Shown: positions 51,830 through 62,694 of the stretch, piece after piece
Layout of the letters: each line of letters opens with the position of its first letter
Numbering within the stretch: position 1 is the stretch's first letter
NCBI GenBank assembly: GCA_965112735.1
Contig: OZ218957.1
Location: 2,480,001 to 2,544,000, forward strand
Direction: 5' to 3'
From: Phaeosaccion multiseriatum
Taxonomy: Eukaryota > Protista > Ochrophyta, other classes
Length of the DNA: 64,000 bases
Notes under the pieces: model-generated
Database searches by the model: none
What the model was told of the DNA's origin: nothing
What the model saw: the letters and a program-made list of their open reading frames with translations, nothing else
Made by a program: the position numbers and the translations under genes

Positions 51830-53278
51830 TCAGTACGTCAGGTGTCGCTCCCTAATGTCGAACCCTTGCTGGTCTGCTGTCCCAACAGCCGCAGTCGCAG
51901 TTGCAGCAGTTGGTGATACATCGAACCCCATGTCAGCAGCCTCGGGCAGCCCCTGGGGGGACACCTTTGTTCGGGACGGAGCAACCGTCTGCCGCTTCCC
52001 CTTCTCTGGCACTGTTTCACTCATTTCCATCGGTGTGGGCCCTCCCGTTCTCCCACCCCTCCACCTTCTCCCCCCACCACCACTATCATCATCGTCATCC
52101 CCTGCTGCTGCTACTGCTGCTGTACCACCAACTGCTGCATGTGCGAGATGGCCGGGCACTACAGCATCGGTAGCGTGCCCACCCCCGACCCCATCCGCAG
52201 CCACCACCTCAGCAGGGTGGGCGTCACTGCCACCGCCGCCCCAATAGCCCACCCCACTGATCGGTGACACATTGTTGCTTCCCCTCTTCGGTGACAAGCG
52301 ATAGGCGGTCCACCCTCCACTCTTCCTGCCCACGTGGAAGGAGGAAGAGCGCGACCGCCTCCCTCGCTTACCCCCCACAGACCCAGCACTCCCTGACCCG
52401 CTGCCGCTGCTCCCTCCTCGTGCTTCAGGGGTGACAGCTGCCGAAGTGCGGCGATGAAGCAGATTGCTCACAAAGCTTGTGAATCGATCCCCGGGGCTTC
52501 CTCCTCCTCTTGCTCGTTCTGCTGCTCCTTCTCCACTCAAGTCTCTACGGCGTAGGGCGCGGGCGTGGGGTGACGTAGACATGGCGGACGACCTTCCTCG
52601 TTGGACAATGGGTTCACTGCCGTGCGTTCGTCGGTGGCCTGTGTCAACCTCCCCCGCCTGTTCCACCAGCTGTTGTGCCTCTCTTGCCTGGGCCTCCTCC
52701 AGCTCTGCCTGCAGTTGAGCGTCGCTAAACTGCCTATCACTTTCCTCCTTCGATTGCTCCTCCTGAATCATTTCCCCAAGTTCCTGATGAGTGAGGAGGA
52801 GAAGGAGGAGGAGGAGGAGGAGGAGGAGGAGGAGGAGGAGGAGGAGGAGGGAGGCGGAGGGAGGAGGAGGAGGGAGGCGGAGGGAGGAGGAGGAGGATAG
52901 TCAGTAAGAAACAGGGCTTACCCACGCCTCCACGCATCCGCCCACGCACGAACGCACGCACGCATGTACACACTACCCTCGCCTCGCTCTTTGACCACTG
53001 AAGAAACTAAGCCACGCAGTAATACGTACGTACGTACGTACGTACCTCCAAGATGGCATCAAAGTCTGGACGGCGGTCGGGATTGACTGCCCAGCAGCGC
53101 CGCAGCAAACGTCGGAGACCTTTGGGGAGATTGGCGAGGTTCGGCCGCTCCTGCTTGTCGATGACTGATGGAAGGTGAGAGAGAGAGAGAGAGGGAGAGA
53201 GAGGCAGAGCAGAGGCATGGGCAGAGCATGCCCACAAGTAGAGAGAGGGGTTAGGGGGGCTCTTGCTTGTGGATGACT

Positions 53279-53314
<36 letters not shown>

Positions 53315-56300
53315 TGTGTCAGAGAGAGCAGAGGCCGACCCGTATGCCTCCAGATGTATCACCCCAACCCATATGCCTTCAGATGTATGGCTCACCGTTA
53401 TGCGTGTATGAGTCGAGGTCGTACGAGTCGTAGGGGCGGTGCAGCGTGATCATCTCGTGCACTGCCGGGGGGTGGAGATGGCAGAGGATGGCAGGGGACG
53501 GCAGTGGATGGTATTGGATGACAGGGGATGGCAGGGGATGGATCGAGGAGGGGGGTAGCTCGCACGGGAAAAAGCGCCCTTTTCGTTGCTTCGACACTGT
53601 TCTTCTAATCATTTCCTTCCTCCTTCCTCCTCCTCCCGAATCCACAGGATCCCTCCTTAGCCATCTTTCTTCTTTTTCCCTCCTCCTCCTCCTCCTCCTC
53701 TTCTTCTTCTTCTTCTTCTTCTTCTTCTTCTTCTTCTTCTTCTTCTTCTTCTTCTTCTTCTTCTTCTTCTTCTTCTTCTTCTTCTTCTTCTTCTTCTTCC
53801 TCCTCCTCCTCCTCCTCTTCTTCTTCTTCTTCTTCTTCCTCCTCTTATACTCTTACCAATGTGCGCGAATCCGTACACGTCAACTTTCGTATTGTACTCC
53901 TTGCCATTGAACACCTCCGGGGCCATGTAGCGAATGGTGCCCGTCCTGCCCGTGAGGCTGTAGCGCCCCCTGGGGTTGGTGTCGCCTTTCCACACTGCCT
54001 TCGCCAGACCAAAGTCTAAAGAAGTGGGGACGGGAGGGAGGGAAGGAGGGAGGGAGTGAGGGAGGGGAGGGAGGGGAGGGAGTGAGGGAGGGGAGGGGGT
54101 GAGGGAGGGAAGGGAGGGGAGGGAGGGGAGGGAGGAGAGTCAGGCGCGTGAGGAGGAATGGCGCCTTGATATGCTCGACAGCAGCTTTGACTTCCCGGAA
54201 TATGCATATCCGTATTCCGGGAAGTCAAGGAAGTGAGTACATACACTGCTGCAAGCCTGCTACCCTCCGAAGCACGAAGTCGAAGTTGAGTCACACTGCT
54301 GCCCTGCTACGCTGGCTACCCCTTGTGCTGCCGTAACCGAACAGCACAGCTCACGCCACTGCACTACTGCCCCTCGCCGCCTTACCGAACAACTTAATGT
54401 TGAGATGGTCATCAAGGCCGATGTTTTGCGTCTGAAGAAAGGCGAAAGAGAGAGAGAGAGAGAGGGAGGGAGGGAGGGAGGGAGGGAGGGAGGGAGGGAG
54501 GGAGGGAGGGAGGGAGGAAGGGATGAGGGAGTCACGCCAATTTGACGTCACGGCAGGGTGTGGGTGGGTAGGAAGTAAAGGCGGCGAGGGGAAGGGAGGA
54601 CAGACCACAGCAAAGCAGAGAAGAGAAGAGAGGGGAAGAGAAGCGAAGGAAAGAAAAACAGTCCTCTTTGCTCTCCTCCCTCTCCCTCTCCCTCTCTCTC
54701 TCTCTGCCTCTCGCTCTCTCCCTCCCTCTCTCTCTCTCTCTCTCGCTCTCTCTCTCTCTCCCTCTCTCTCTCGCTCTCCCGCTCTCTATTCACCTTCAAA
54801 TCCCTATAAATGTATGCAATGTCTTGATCTGCCCCACTCTATTCACCTTCAAATCCCTGTAAATGTATGCAATGTCTTGATCTGCCCCACAGTGCAGAAA
54901 GCGCAAGATGTCCGCGAGCTCCGCCGCCTTCTGCAACACATCGGAGAGCGGCAGATGCGGTGCCTTACTGCGACTAAAGTTGCCACTGCCCCACGGAAGC
55001 AGGAGCTGCGGCAACGAGAAGCGCTTGGTCACACCACCGGCGGCCCGCTGCTGCTGCTGCTGCTCCTCTTGCTGCTTCTGCTGCTCCTTGAGGCACTTGA
55101 GGGCCTTTGCCAGATACTCCTCCAGGGTGCCGTTGACGAGATACTCAACCACGATGAAACTGTCCCCGTCGTGGGTACCTCTGGCGTGGGAGTGGTGGGG
55201 TTGGTGGATGGTGGTGGAGGGGAGGATGGTGGTGGGTGGTGGTGGTGGTGGTGGTGGCGGCAGGACGAACCAATCCCTCTCTCTCCCTACACGTTCTGCC
55301 TCTCTTTCTCCCTCCGCTCCTCTCCCGCCGCTCCTCTCTCTCCCTCTCCCTCTCTCTGTCGTCTTTCGTGTACCTCCCCTCACCTGCCGTACAAGCGCAC
55401 AATGCCGGGGTGTCCCTGTAGACGGAACAACAGACTTGCCTCCACTTCCAGCTCCCTCTCTATCTCCTGCATTGTCTCTTTCGAGTCATGCCGAGGCACC
55501 TTCACCACCACCTGCAGCAAAGAGCCAGCCACCACAAAGAGAGAAGAGAGAGAACGAGAGAGAGAGAGAGGAATCGAGAGAGGAAGGAAGGGACAGAGAA
55601 GAGAGAGGAGAGAGAAGGAGAAAAAAGAGAGAAAGGGAGAAAGAGGAGAAGGAGAAAGACGTCAGTACCGCACAGAGAGAAGAGAGAAAGAGAGGGAGAA
55701 AGACGTTAGTGCCGCACACAACCCATCCTCTTTGCATCGCGCGATACTTCTCCTCTCTCCCCTGCGCATACTCCCAACGCGCTCAACACACCTCCTGAGA
55801 CCCGAGCTTGGCAGTGTAGCAACAGCACATGGAGCCCTTGCCGAGGTAGGTCTTGTCCCTGAGGTCGTCCCACGGGATGACCGGCACATCGCCAATATGG
55901 TCCAGTACGCTGCGTTGAGCGCCGGAACGCGGTTCGCGCTGGTGCTGGTGCTGGTGTGGGTCATGGTGGTGCTGATACGGACGCTCTTGCTGGTGCTGGT
56001 GCTGGTGCTGGTGCTGCCTCTCGCCTCGGTGGTGTCCATGGTGGTGTCCATGGTGGCAGTGGTGGTGGTGATGATCTTGTTGTGCTGGATATTGGTGGGG
56101 CTGATTTGAATCCCCGCCCTGCGGCTGCGATGGCTCATCATGTTGTTCTTCGTGCTCTCCCCCTCCGCATCCGCCTCCTCCTTGCTGTTGATATTGTTGC
56201 GATTGTTCGCGGTGGTGGTGGAGCTCTGGCGATGATAATACGTGTTCCACTCGATGTTCGTCGTCGCCTTGCGGTTCCTCGTCCTCCTCGTCCTCCCCCA

Positions 56301-56466
56301 CCCACTGCTGCTGCTGTGGACATTGGTCCTCGTCGCAAAAACTGTTCTTCCTGCTGCTGGCCGACGACGGACCCGGGGGCGTGAGCTCCGAATCGCACAG
56401 GTAGCCAGAGGCGTCCATTGCTGTGCTCTCCCTGTCGCTACTGAGGGAAGAGTGCTCAACCTTCAT
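51830..56466 (-). CDS. TKL-group Ser/Thr protein kinase
   Basis: Eight phase-consistent exons: 56466-55792, 55511-55384, 55180-54847, 54431-54386, 54015-53857, 53461-53396, 53164-53046, 52783-51830. Motifs LGKGSM, VVVK, HPGIVRLYG, YRDLKTQN, KLFDFGLAK, GTIRYMAPE, KVDVYGF, CWAVNPDRRPDF. Confidence 0.92.
53700..53838. repeat. (CTT)n intronic microsatellite
   Basis: Directly visible. Confidence 0.9.
54187..54228. other. Perfect 16-bp hairpin in a kinase intron
   Basis: ttgacttcccggaata - tgcatatccg - tattccgggaagtcaa. Confidence 0.85.
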
Positions 56467-56770
56467 TCGTACTTGGTCGTTTTTGTATTCGAGCTGGGTC
56501 GACGGATTGGACCCGCTCCAAACGGCACCCCCACCAGGTTGTATAGTAGGCTCGACTCGCTCGGTAGTAGCGTGAATTGCTCAATGCAGGCTACCGCGCG
56601 CGTCTAGGTCACGACTTTGGGTGGATTGGATGACTAAACTTGAGTAAGCTCGTTTGTCTTTGGGACCCCTGTGCCAACTTCAAGCCCCGATGCATCACAC
56701 TTCTCACTTCTCTGAAGATGGCACTTAAAGGATTTCGGAAGCCGCTTTTTGTTTTTTGAGAGAGTGAAAA

Positions 56771-57262
56771 ATGCGTAGAAGAGGGACACCACCCGCCCCT
56801 GCGGCTCCACAAGCTACGTGAGTCTTTGGGGGGGATGCTGCCTGGGTGTGTTCGCTCCTCACGCTATTCATCTCCGTTTTTCGTCCTTGCAATTCAACGC
56901 ATGCCTCACTGCCCTGCTTGTGCCCCTCCTCTGTACCGTGCCCCCTCTCTCCTACACCTCACTCTCTCGCGTACTCGAGCAGCTCGTACGTGAGTCTGTC
57001 CGTGGGAGATGAGGACTCCGATGGAGGGAACAACGAGCGCCGGCGCCGCCAGAGACAGCTGCAGGTAACCTTCTTCAAGTGACTACCAGTGAGGGATGGA
57101 TGAACAGGACGGGGACGAGATCAGGCCAGGCACAGCGTGGGGAGGGATGGGAGGGCTTAAGGCCCTCCGAAATACTTCAACCTGCCTTCTTCCTTGCTGC
57201 CAAACCAGCTTTTCCCCGTTTCTCACTCGCGTCGTTCTCCTCCTCCTCCTCCTCTCCTCCTC

Positions 57263-57296
<34 letters not shown>

Positions 57297-58707
57297 TGAT
57301 TCCCCGTCCTGCCCCTCCTGCTTCGTCCCTCCGCTGCTCTCTTTCCTTTCATTCTCACGCTCGTCGTGCCGTTCTCCCACACAAGTCTGCCTACTACGGC
57401 AGACCCTTACCCACGCTCTCTTCTCCCGTCTCCCCTTCGGATTCGTCCGCGCCCCAGAGCAACACGCCTCCCACGTGCTACCTCTCTCAGCCCTCCTCCA
57501 TCACTCCTGAGAGTGTCTACGTGCTTCCCTCGGAAGGCGACCAAGGACGAGGCGGAAGAGGCGGAAGAGGCGGAAGAGGCGGCTTCCCCTGTTCTGCTGC
57601 TGGCGGTGCCATGAACAACGGCGGAGGCGAGAACGGCGAGAAAAAGGGCTGGCACTTCCTGGGTGAGTAGAGAGGGAACTCTACATTCGCTCCCACACCG
57701 CTACCTTGCATTTTCGTTCTCCATAAACTTGTTGATGATATGTCTGCATTGGATAGAGAGAGTCTTGATAGAAAAAGAAGGGGGGAGATGTAGATGGAGA
57801 GGGAGAGTGAGCACGCGTCTTCACTTGTGCATTAGGATTCCCTCCTACTACCTCTTCCTTTGTCTCCGTCTCTCTCTTTTTCTCTCTTTCTCTCTCTCTC
57901 GCTCGCTCACTCTCTCCCTCTCTGTCTGGTTCTCTCTCTCTCTCTCTCTCTCTCCCTCTCTCTTTCTCTCCCTCCCTCTTTCTCTCCCTCCCTCTTTCTC
58001 TCTCTCTCTACTCTCACTGCTCTCTGCCTGCCGCGCTAGATCGCCCCAGCTGGGGGGACTTAAACCCGAGACGGATGAGAGTCCCCTTCGGAGAAGGAGG
58101 AGGAGGAGGAGGAGGAGGAGGAGAAGGAGGAGAGGAGGAGCGGAGAGGTTCGGGAAAGAGCGTCTACTCCGACAGCAGCGTTGAGGAAAGGCATAGTGAT
58201 GACTTGTCCGGCGTTCTACTGTGAGTGAGAGAGGAGGGATAGAAGGAGGGAGGGAAGGAGGGAGGGAGGGAGGGAGGGAGGGAGGCAGTGGGGAAATGAG
58301 TGGCTTCGGGCCTCCTTCCCTTCCTCACTCACTCTGAGACACTGCACACACATGGCTTGTCTCGCTTCTGTCTGTTCGCCAGGGAAGAAAGAGACGAAAG
58401 AGGGAGGGGCCCTCAAAGTGTCACTTACCCTCCTAACAGTGTCGTTTAACAGTCCTTTCTTACCCTCCTAACAGTGTCGTTTAACAGTCCTTTCTCATCC
58501 ACGAGTCTCCGGTCCGTCCATGCCCTTCCCCTGTCCTCCTCTCCCTTATAGGCTCAAGCACGGACTGAGCACCGGGATTCACTCGTCAGACTGCACCGCC
58601 CCATCCTCAGAGATGAGCTGGGAGGGAGACTCTAGGCAACGATTCAGCAGCAGCAGCAGCAGCAGCAGCAGCCGCAGCAACCACAGGAACTCCATGCACC
58701 AGACCCT

Positions 58708-58744
<37 letters not shown>

Positions 58745-61700
58745 CAGCACCGGCAGTTGGTGATACTGCCATCGAAGAGGTATCCCTCCAGGAAGAGGAG
58801 AAGAAGGGGTCACAGGTGGGGAACCTCTTCAAGAACGGACCGCAGCAGCGCGAGCAGCCGCTTGGGGAAAGCAGGAGGAGGAGGAGGAGGAGGAGGAGGA
58901 GGAGGAGGAGGAGGAGGAGGAGGAGGAGGAGGAGGAGGAGGAGGAGAACAAGGAGGAGAAGGAGGAGGAGGAGGACGACGACGAGGAGGAGGAGGAGGAG
59001 GAGGAGGAGGAGGAGGAGGAGGAGGAGGCCGAGGAGAAGGAGGAGGACGACGAGGAGGACGAGGAGGACGAGGAGGACGAGGAGGAGAAGGAGAAGAGCT
59101 GCGCACCCCTGCCCTGCTGTACGCGCGCCGTCGTAATAGCACCTTTGTCAACCATCATCCGCTGCGAAACTACGGCTGGCTTGGCGACCACCAGGCCTCT
59201 GCTTGCATGGCTTGTACCACCACCTTCACCATCACGGAGCGGAGGCATCACTGCAGGTCAGCCAGGCCTCGAACTACTCTCCCATCCGGGGAAGTGAGAC
59301 AAGAAAGAGGGGGGGGGACGTTGTCTTACGTGTGTGCCCTTGATGCCTGGGCTTGTAGTGGCTGCTGTTGCTACTACTCCGACAGCAAACTCCTCCTTCC
59401 TTCCTGCCGCTCCCCGACTTCTTGCCTTTCCTTGTTGGTCCTCCTCCTCCTCCTTCTCCTCCTCCTCCTCCTCCTCCTCCTCCTCCTCCTCCTCCTCCTC
59501 CTCCTCCTCCTCCTCCTCCTCCTGCTCCTCCTCCTCCTCCTCCTCCTCCTCCTCCTCCTCCTCCTCCGCCTCCCCTTCCCTTCCCTTCCCTCCCTCCCCT
59601 CCCCTCCCCTCTCTCCTTGTCCTCCTCAGGGCATGTGGCGGTTTGTTCTGCCAGGCATGCAGCTTCCGTCGCTGCCTGGTACAAGACCCTGTCGTTCGGC
59701 CCAATGCGTGGGGACGCACCGATAGGAAGGTTCCTCTCAGGGTCTGCAGAAGCTGCTTCGAAGTAAGTGTGTCAAGAACGCTCGTTAGTAACGTCACCGA
59801 AGGGGTTACCGTGACTGACAGCGTCTCGCGTGTTGCGTCAGCTCTGTGATTGCGCTTTGACTCACTGCTGTCCGTTTGTGCAATGTCCCCTCCTCCTCCT
59901 CCTCCTCCTCCTCCTCCTCCTCCTCTTCCTCCTCCTCCTCCTCGACTCGGCAACCTCTTCAGGCATTGGAGCCTTTGCAGTATGAGCTCCTGTCCGTGGT
60001 TCCTCGGGCATGCCGAATGAATCCTTTCCAGCCTCGCTCCTTGTGGCGCCTCTTGAACAGGTACAGTAGATGCACAAGGCTACGGCAGAAGCGGTGGTCG
60101 GTGAGGATATGGGTGGCTTGCACAGGTTTAAGTCATAAGGGCGAGAGATGTGGCAACAAAGACAGGCCCTGTGCAACCCCTCGCGACCCTACTCCCCTCT
60201 CCATATGCCTCTAATCCCCCCCTCGCCCTCCCTCCCTCTCTCCCTCCCTCCCTCCCTCCCTCCCTGCCTGCCTCCCTGCCTCCCTCCCTCCCTCCCTCCC
60301 TCCCTCCCTCCCTCCCTCCCCCTCTCCCTCCCCTCCCCCTCCCCTCCCCAGCCCAATCGGTCTGTCTCTTGCCCAGGAGGTGCGCAAGGCCGCTCACTCG
60401 CTCAACAACCTGCTGGCAGGGCCTGGTGAGTGCACTCCGGAGCTTGTGGGCCAAGATCAGAGCATCCCAGTGCATCTGCTGACCTCCGCCAAGGCGTTAC
60501 TCTTCCTCACGGTGATCAAGGGGGGGCTCTTTTGGGCAGGTAGGAGTGAAAAGGAGGAGGGGAGAGGAGGGGAGGGGAGAGGAGAGGAGAGGAGAGGAAG
60601 GGAGAGGGGAGGGGAGGGGAGGGGAGGGGAGGGGAGGGGAGGGGAGGGGAGGGGAGGAGAGGAGAGGAGAGGAGAGGAGAGGAGAGGAGAGGAGAGGAAA
60701 GAAGAGGAGAGGAGAGGAAAGAAGTGGAGAAAGGAGAAGGAGAGGAGAGGAGAGGAGAGGAGAGGAGAGGGGAGGAGAGGAGAGGAGAGGAGAGGAGAGG
60801 AGGGGAGAGAAGAGGAGACAAGAGGAGACGAGAGAAGAGGAGAGGAGAGAAGGGGAGAGGGGAGGAGAGGAGAGGAGAGGAGGGCAAAGTTGGTGCGGTG
60901 GGTGGCGGTGCGGTGTAGTAGGGGCCTGACTTTTCGTAGGCCACAACTGTTGTCAAACTCCCCCACCAACGAAAGAAGAGCCAAGCAAACACCCCTTCTT
61001 GATATGCCCTTTCTTTCACCCACATCCCCCTTCAACACCCGTCCAACAAAGGATCCTTCGGCACAGGGCTCTGTATCTGCCGCCTCCCCGACAGCACTTG
61101 GTCCCCCCCCTCAGCTGTGGCCATGGCAGGTGTAAGCTGGGGGCTGCAGGTAGGCCTGGAGCTGGTGGACATGGTCGTCGGTCTAAAGACGGACGAGGCT
61201 GTGGACCTGCTGAAACGTACGGGAAGGGTGTCTCTGGAGGCGGAGGTGGGCGCGTGCGTGGGCACTGTGGGGCGGTGTGCGACGTCGGCGCTGCACCTGC
61301 CTTTCGGTGGGGAGTGGAGGGGTGGGGAGGGGGATGGCAGTGGATGGGACGAAGGAGGAGCAGGTGGGGGAGGAGGTGGAGAGGGCAGGGGTGCGGGGAG
61401 GAGAGGCGGAGGGGAGAGCCGGCGGCTCCTGTCGGGTCTTTCGCGGAAGAACAAGACGCTGCCCAAGGTAAGACGCAGAGGGGGGATGGCAGTCGATGGG
61501 AGGGGGGGGAGGAGAGGGAGGGGCGAGGATGTGAGGCGGCAGGCAGAGGATAAGGGGGGGAATTCATTGACTTAATGAATCAACCTAGGATTTACGCATG
61601 TGTGTGTGTGCGTGGAACAGGGGGATGGTAAGCTGAGCTGAAACTCAATCTGAACGTGAAGAGTGAGAGACGAAAGTGAAAATAAAAAGTAAAGCGTAGA

Positions 61701-62694
61701 GTGAAAAGAGAAGGGAACGAATCGGATGGCAACGGATGGCCCCTGAGGGTCGGTCCTTCTCACTCTCTCACCCTCTCATCAGAGACGTGCTCATGTGTGT
61801 TCCTGCTGCCGCCCCTCCCCTCCCCTCCCTCCACACTTGGCGCCGCCCCCCAGATTACCAACACGCCCACGCTGACCTACTCGCTGAGCAAGGGGCTCTA
61901 TTTTGGGGTGAGCGTGCAGGGTTGCGTAGCCCTTACGCGGGCGCTGCTCAACGAGCAGTTCTACGGCCTTCAGGTGAGGGGGGGGGGGGCTGCCTGCCCA
62001 TATGCCTGCCCATATGCCTGTCCATATGCCTGTCTTGCCTTGCAGGGGGATGGCAGTGGACAGGTAAAGGGTCTGTGGACGTGTGAAGAAGGGGACGGGC
62101 GGGTGGGGGTGGGGGGGGGGGAGGGGAGTATTCATGGCGTCGAATCACAGGGTGCTCACTCCTTGTATTTCCCCTGATCCTTCTTCCAATTGTTTGTTTG
62201 CCAATGATCACCAACTTGTCAAGGTGGACCCCCACTTCATCCTCTCCGGCGGGCTGCAGAAACCCCTCGCCGCTGAGCCGCTCTACGTGGCGTGCGATCG
62301 CATGGACAGACTCTTCCTGCAGGCCAGGCAGCGGAAGGAGAGGCAGGAGATGCAGCAGCAGCCGCAGCGACAGGGCCGTCAGGAACAGGGCGGGGAGGAG
62401 CACGGCGGCGAGTTCAGCAGCCGGGGCAGCGACATGACTGGGAATGCTGTGGTGCTCGAGGATGGTGTCACGCTCTCGTGGGGGGCGCAGGCAGTGCCGG
62501 AAGCAGCAGCACAAGCGTCACTAACGGCGACGGCGGCGGCGGAGAAGGAGGAGGAGCGAGGGGAGGAGAGAGGGGGGGAGGAAGAGGGTGGCGAAGAGGA
62601 GGAAGGTGTGAAAACGGAGGAGGGGGAGGGCGAGGGGGAGAAGGGGGACGAGGAGGAGGAGGAGGAGGAGGAGGAGGAGGAGGAGATCCACTAA
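56771..62694 (+). CDS. FYVE zinc finger + SYLF/Ysc84 (DUF500) domain protein
   Basis: Phase-consistent exons 56771-56817, 56983-57064, 57491-57662, 58040-58220, 58552-59256, 59630-59762, 59963-60060, 60352-60539, 61052-61467, 61854-61973, 62224-62694 (first four less certain). FYVE: WLGD..CMAC..RRHHCRACGGLFCQAC..RVCRSC. SYLF: IPVHLL..VIKGG..GTG..WSPPSA..GLQVG..YSLSKGLYFGVSVQG..NEQFYG. Confidence 0.88.
60560..60882. repeat. (GGAGA/GGGGA)n intronic pentamer repeat
   Basis: Directly visible. Confidence 0.9.

Noticed and set aside
54523-56109. 528-aa plus-strand ORF
   Set aside because: Antisense to kinase exons and runs through microsatellite introns; no domain.
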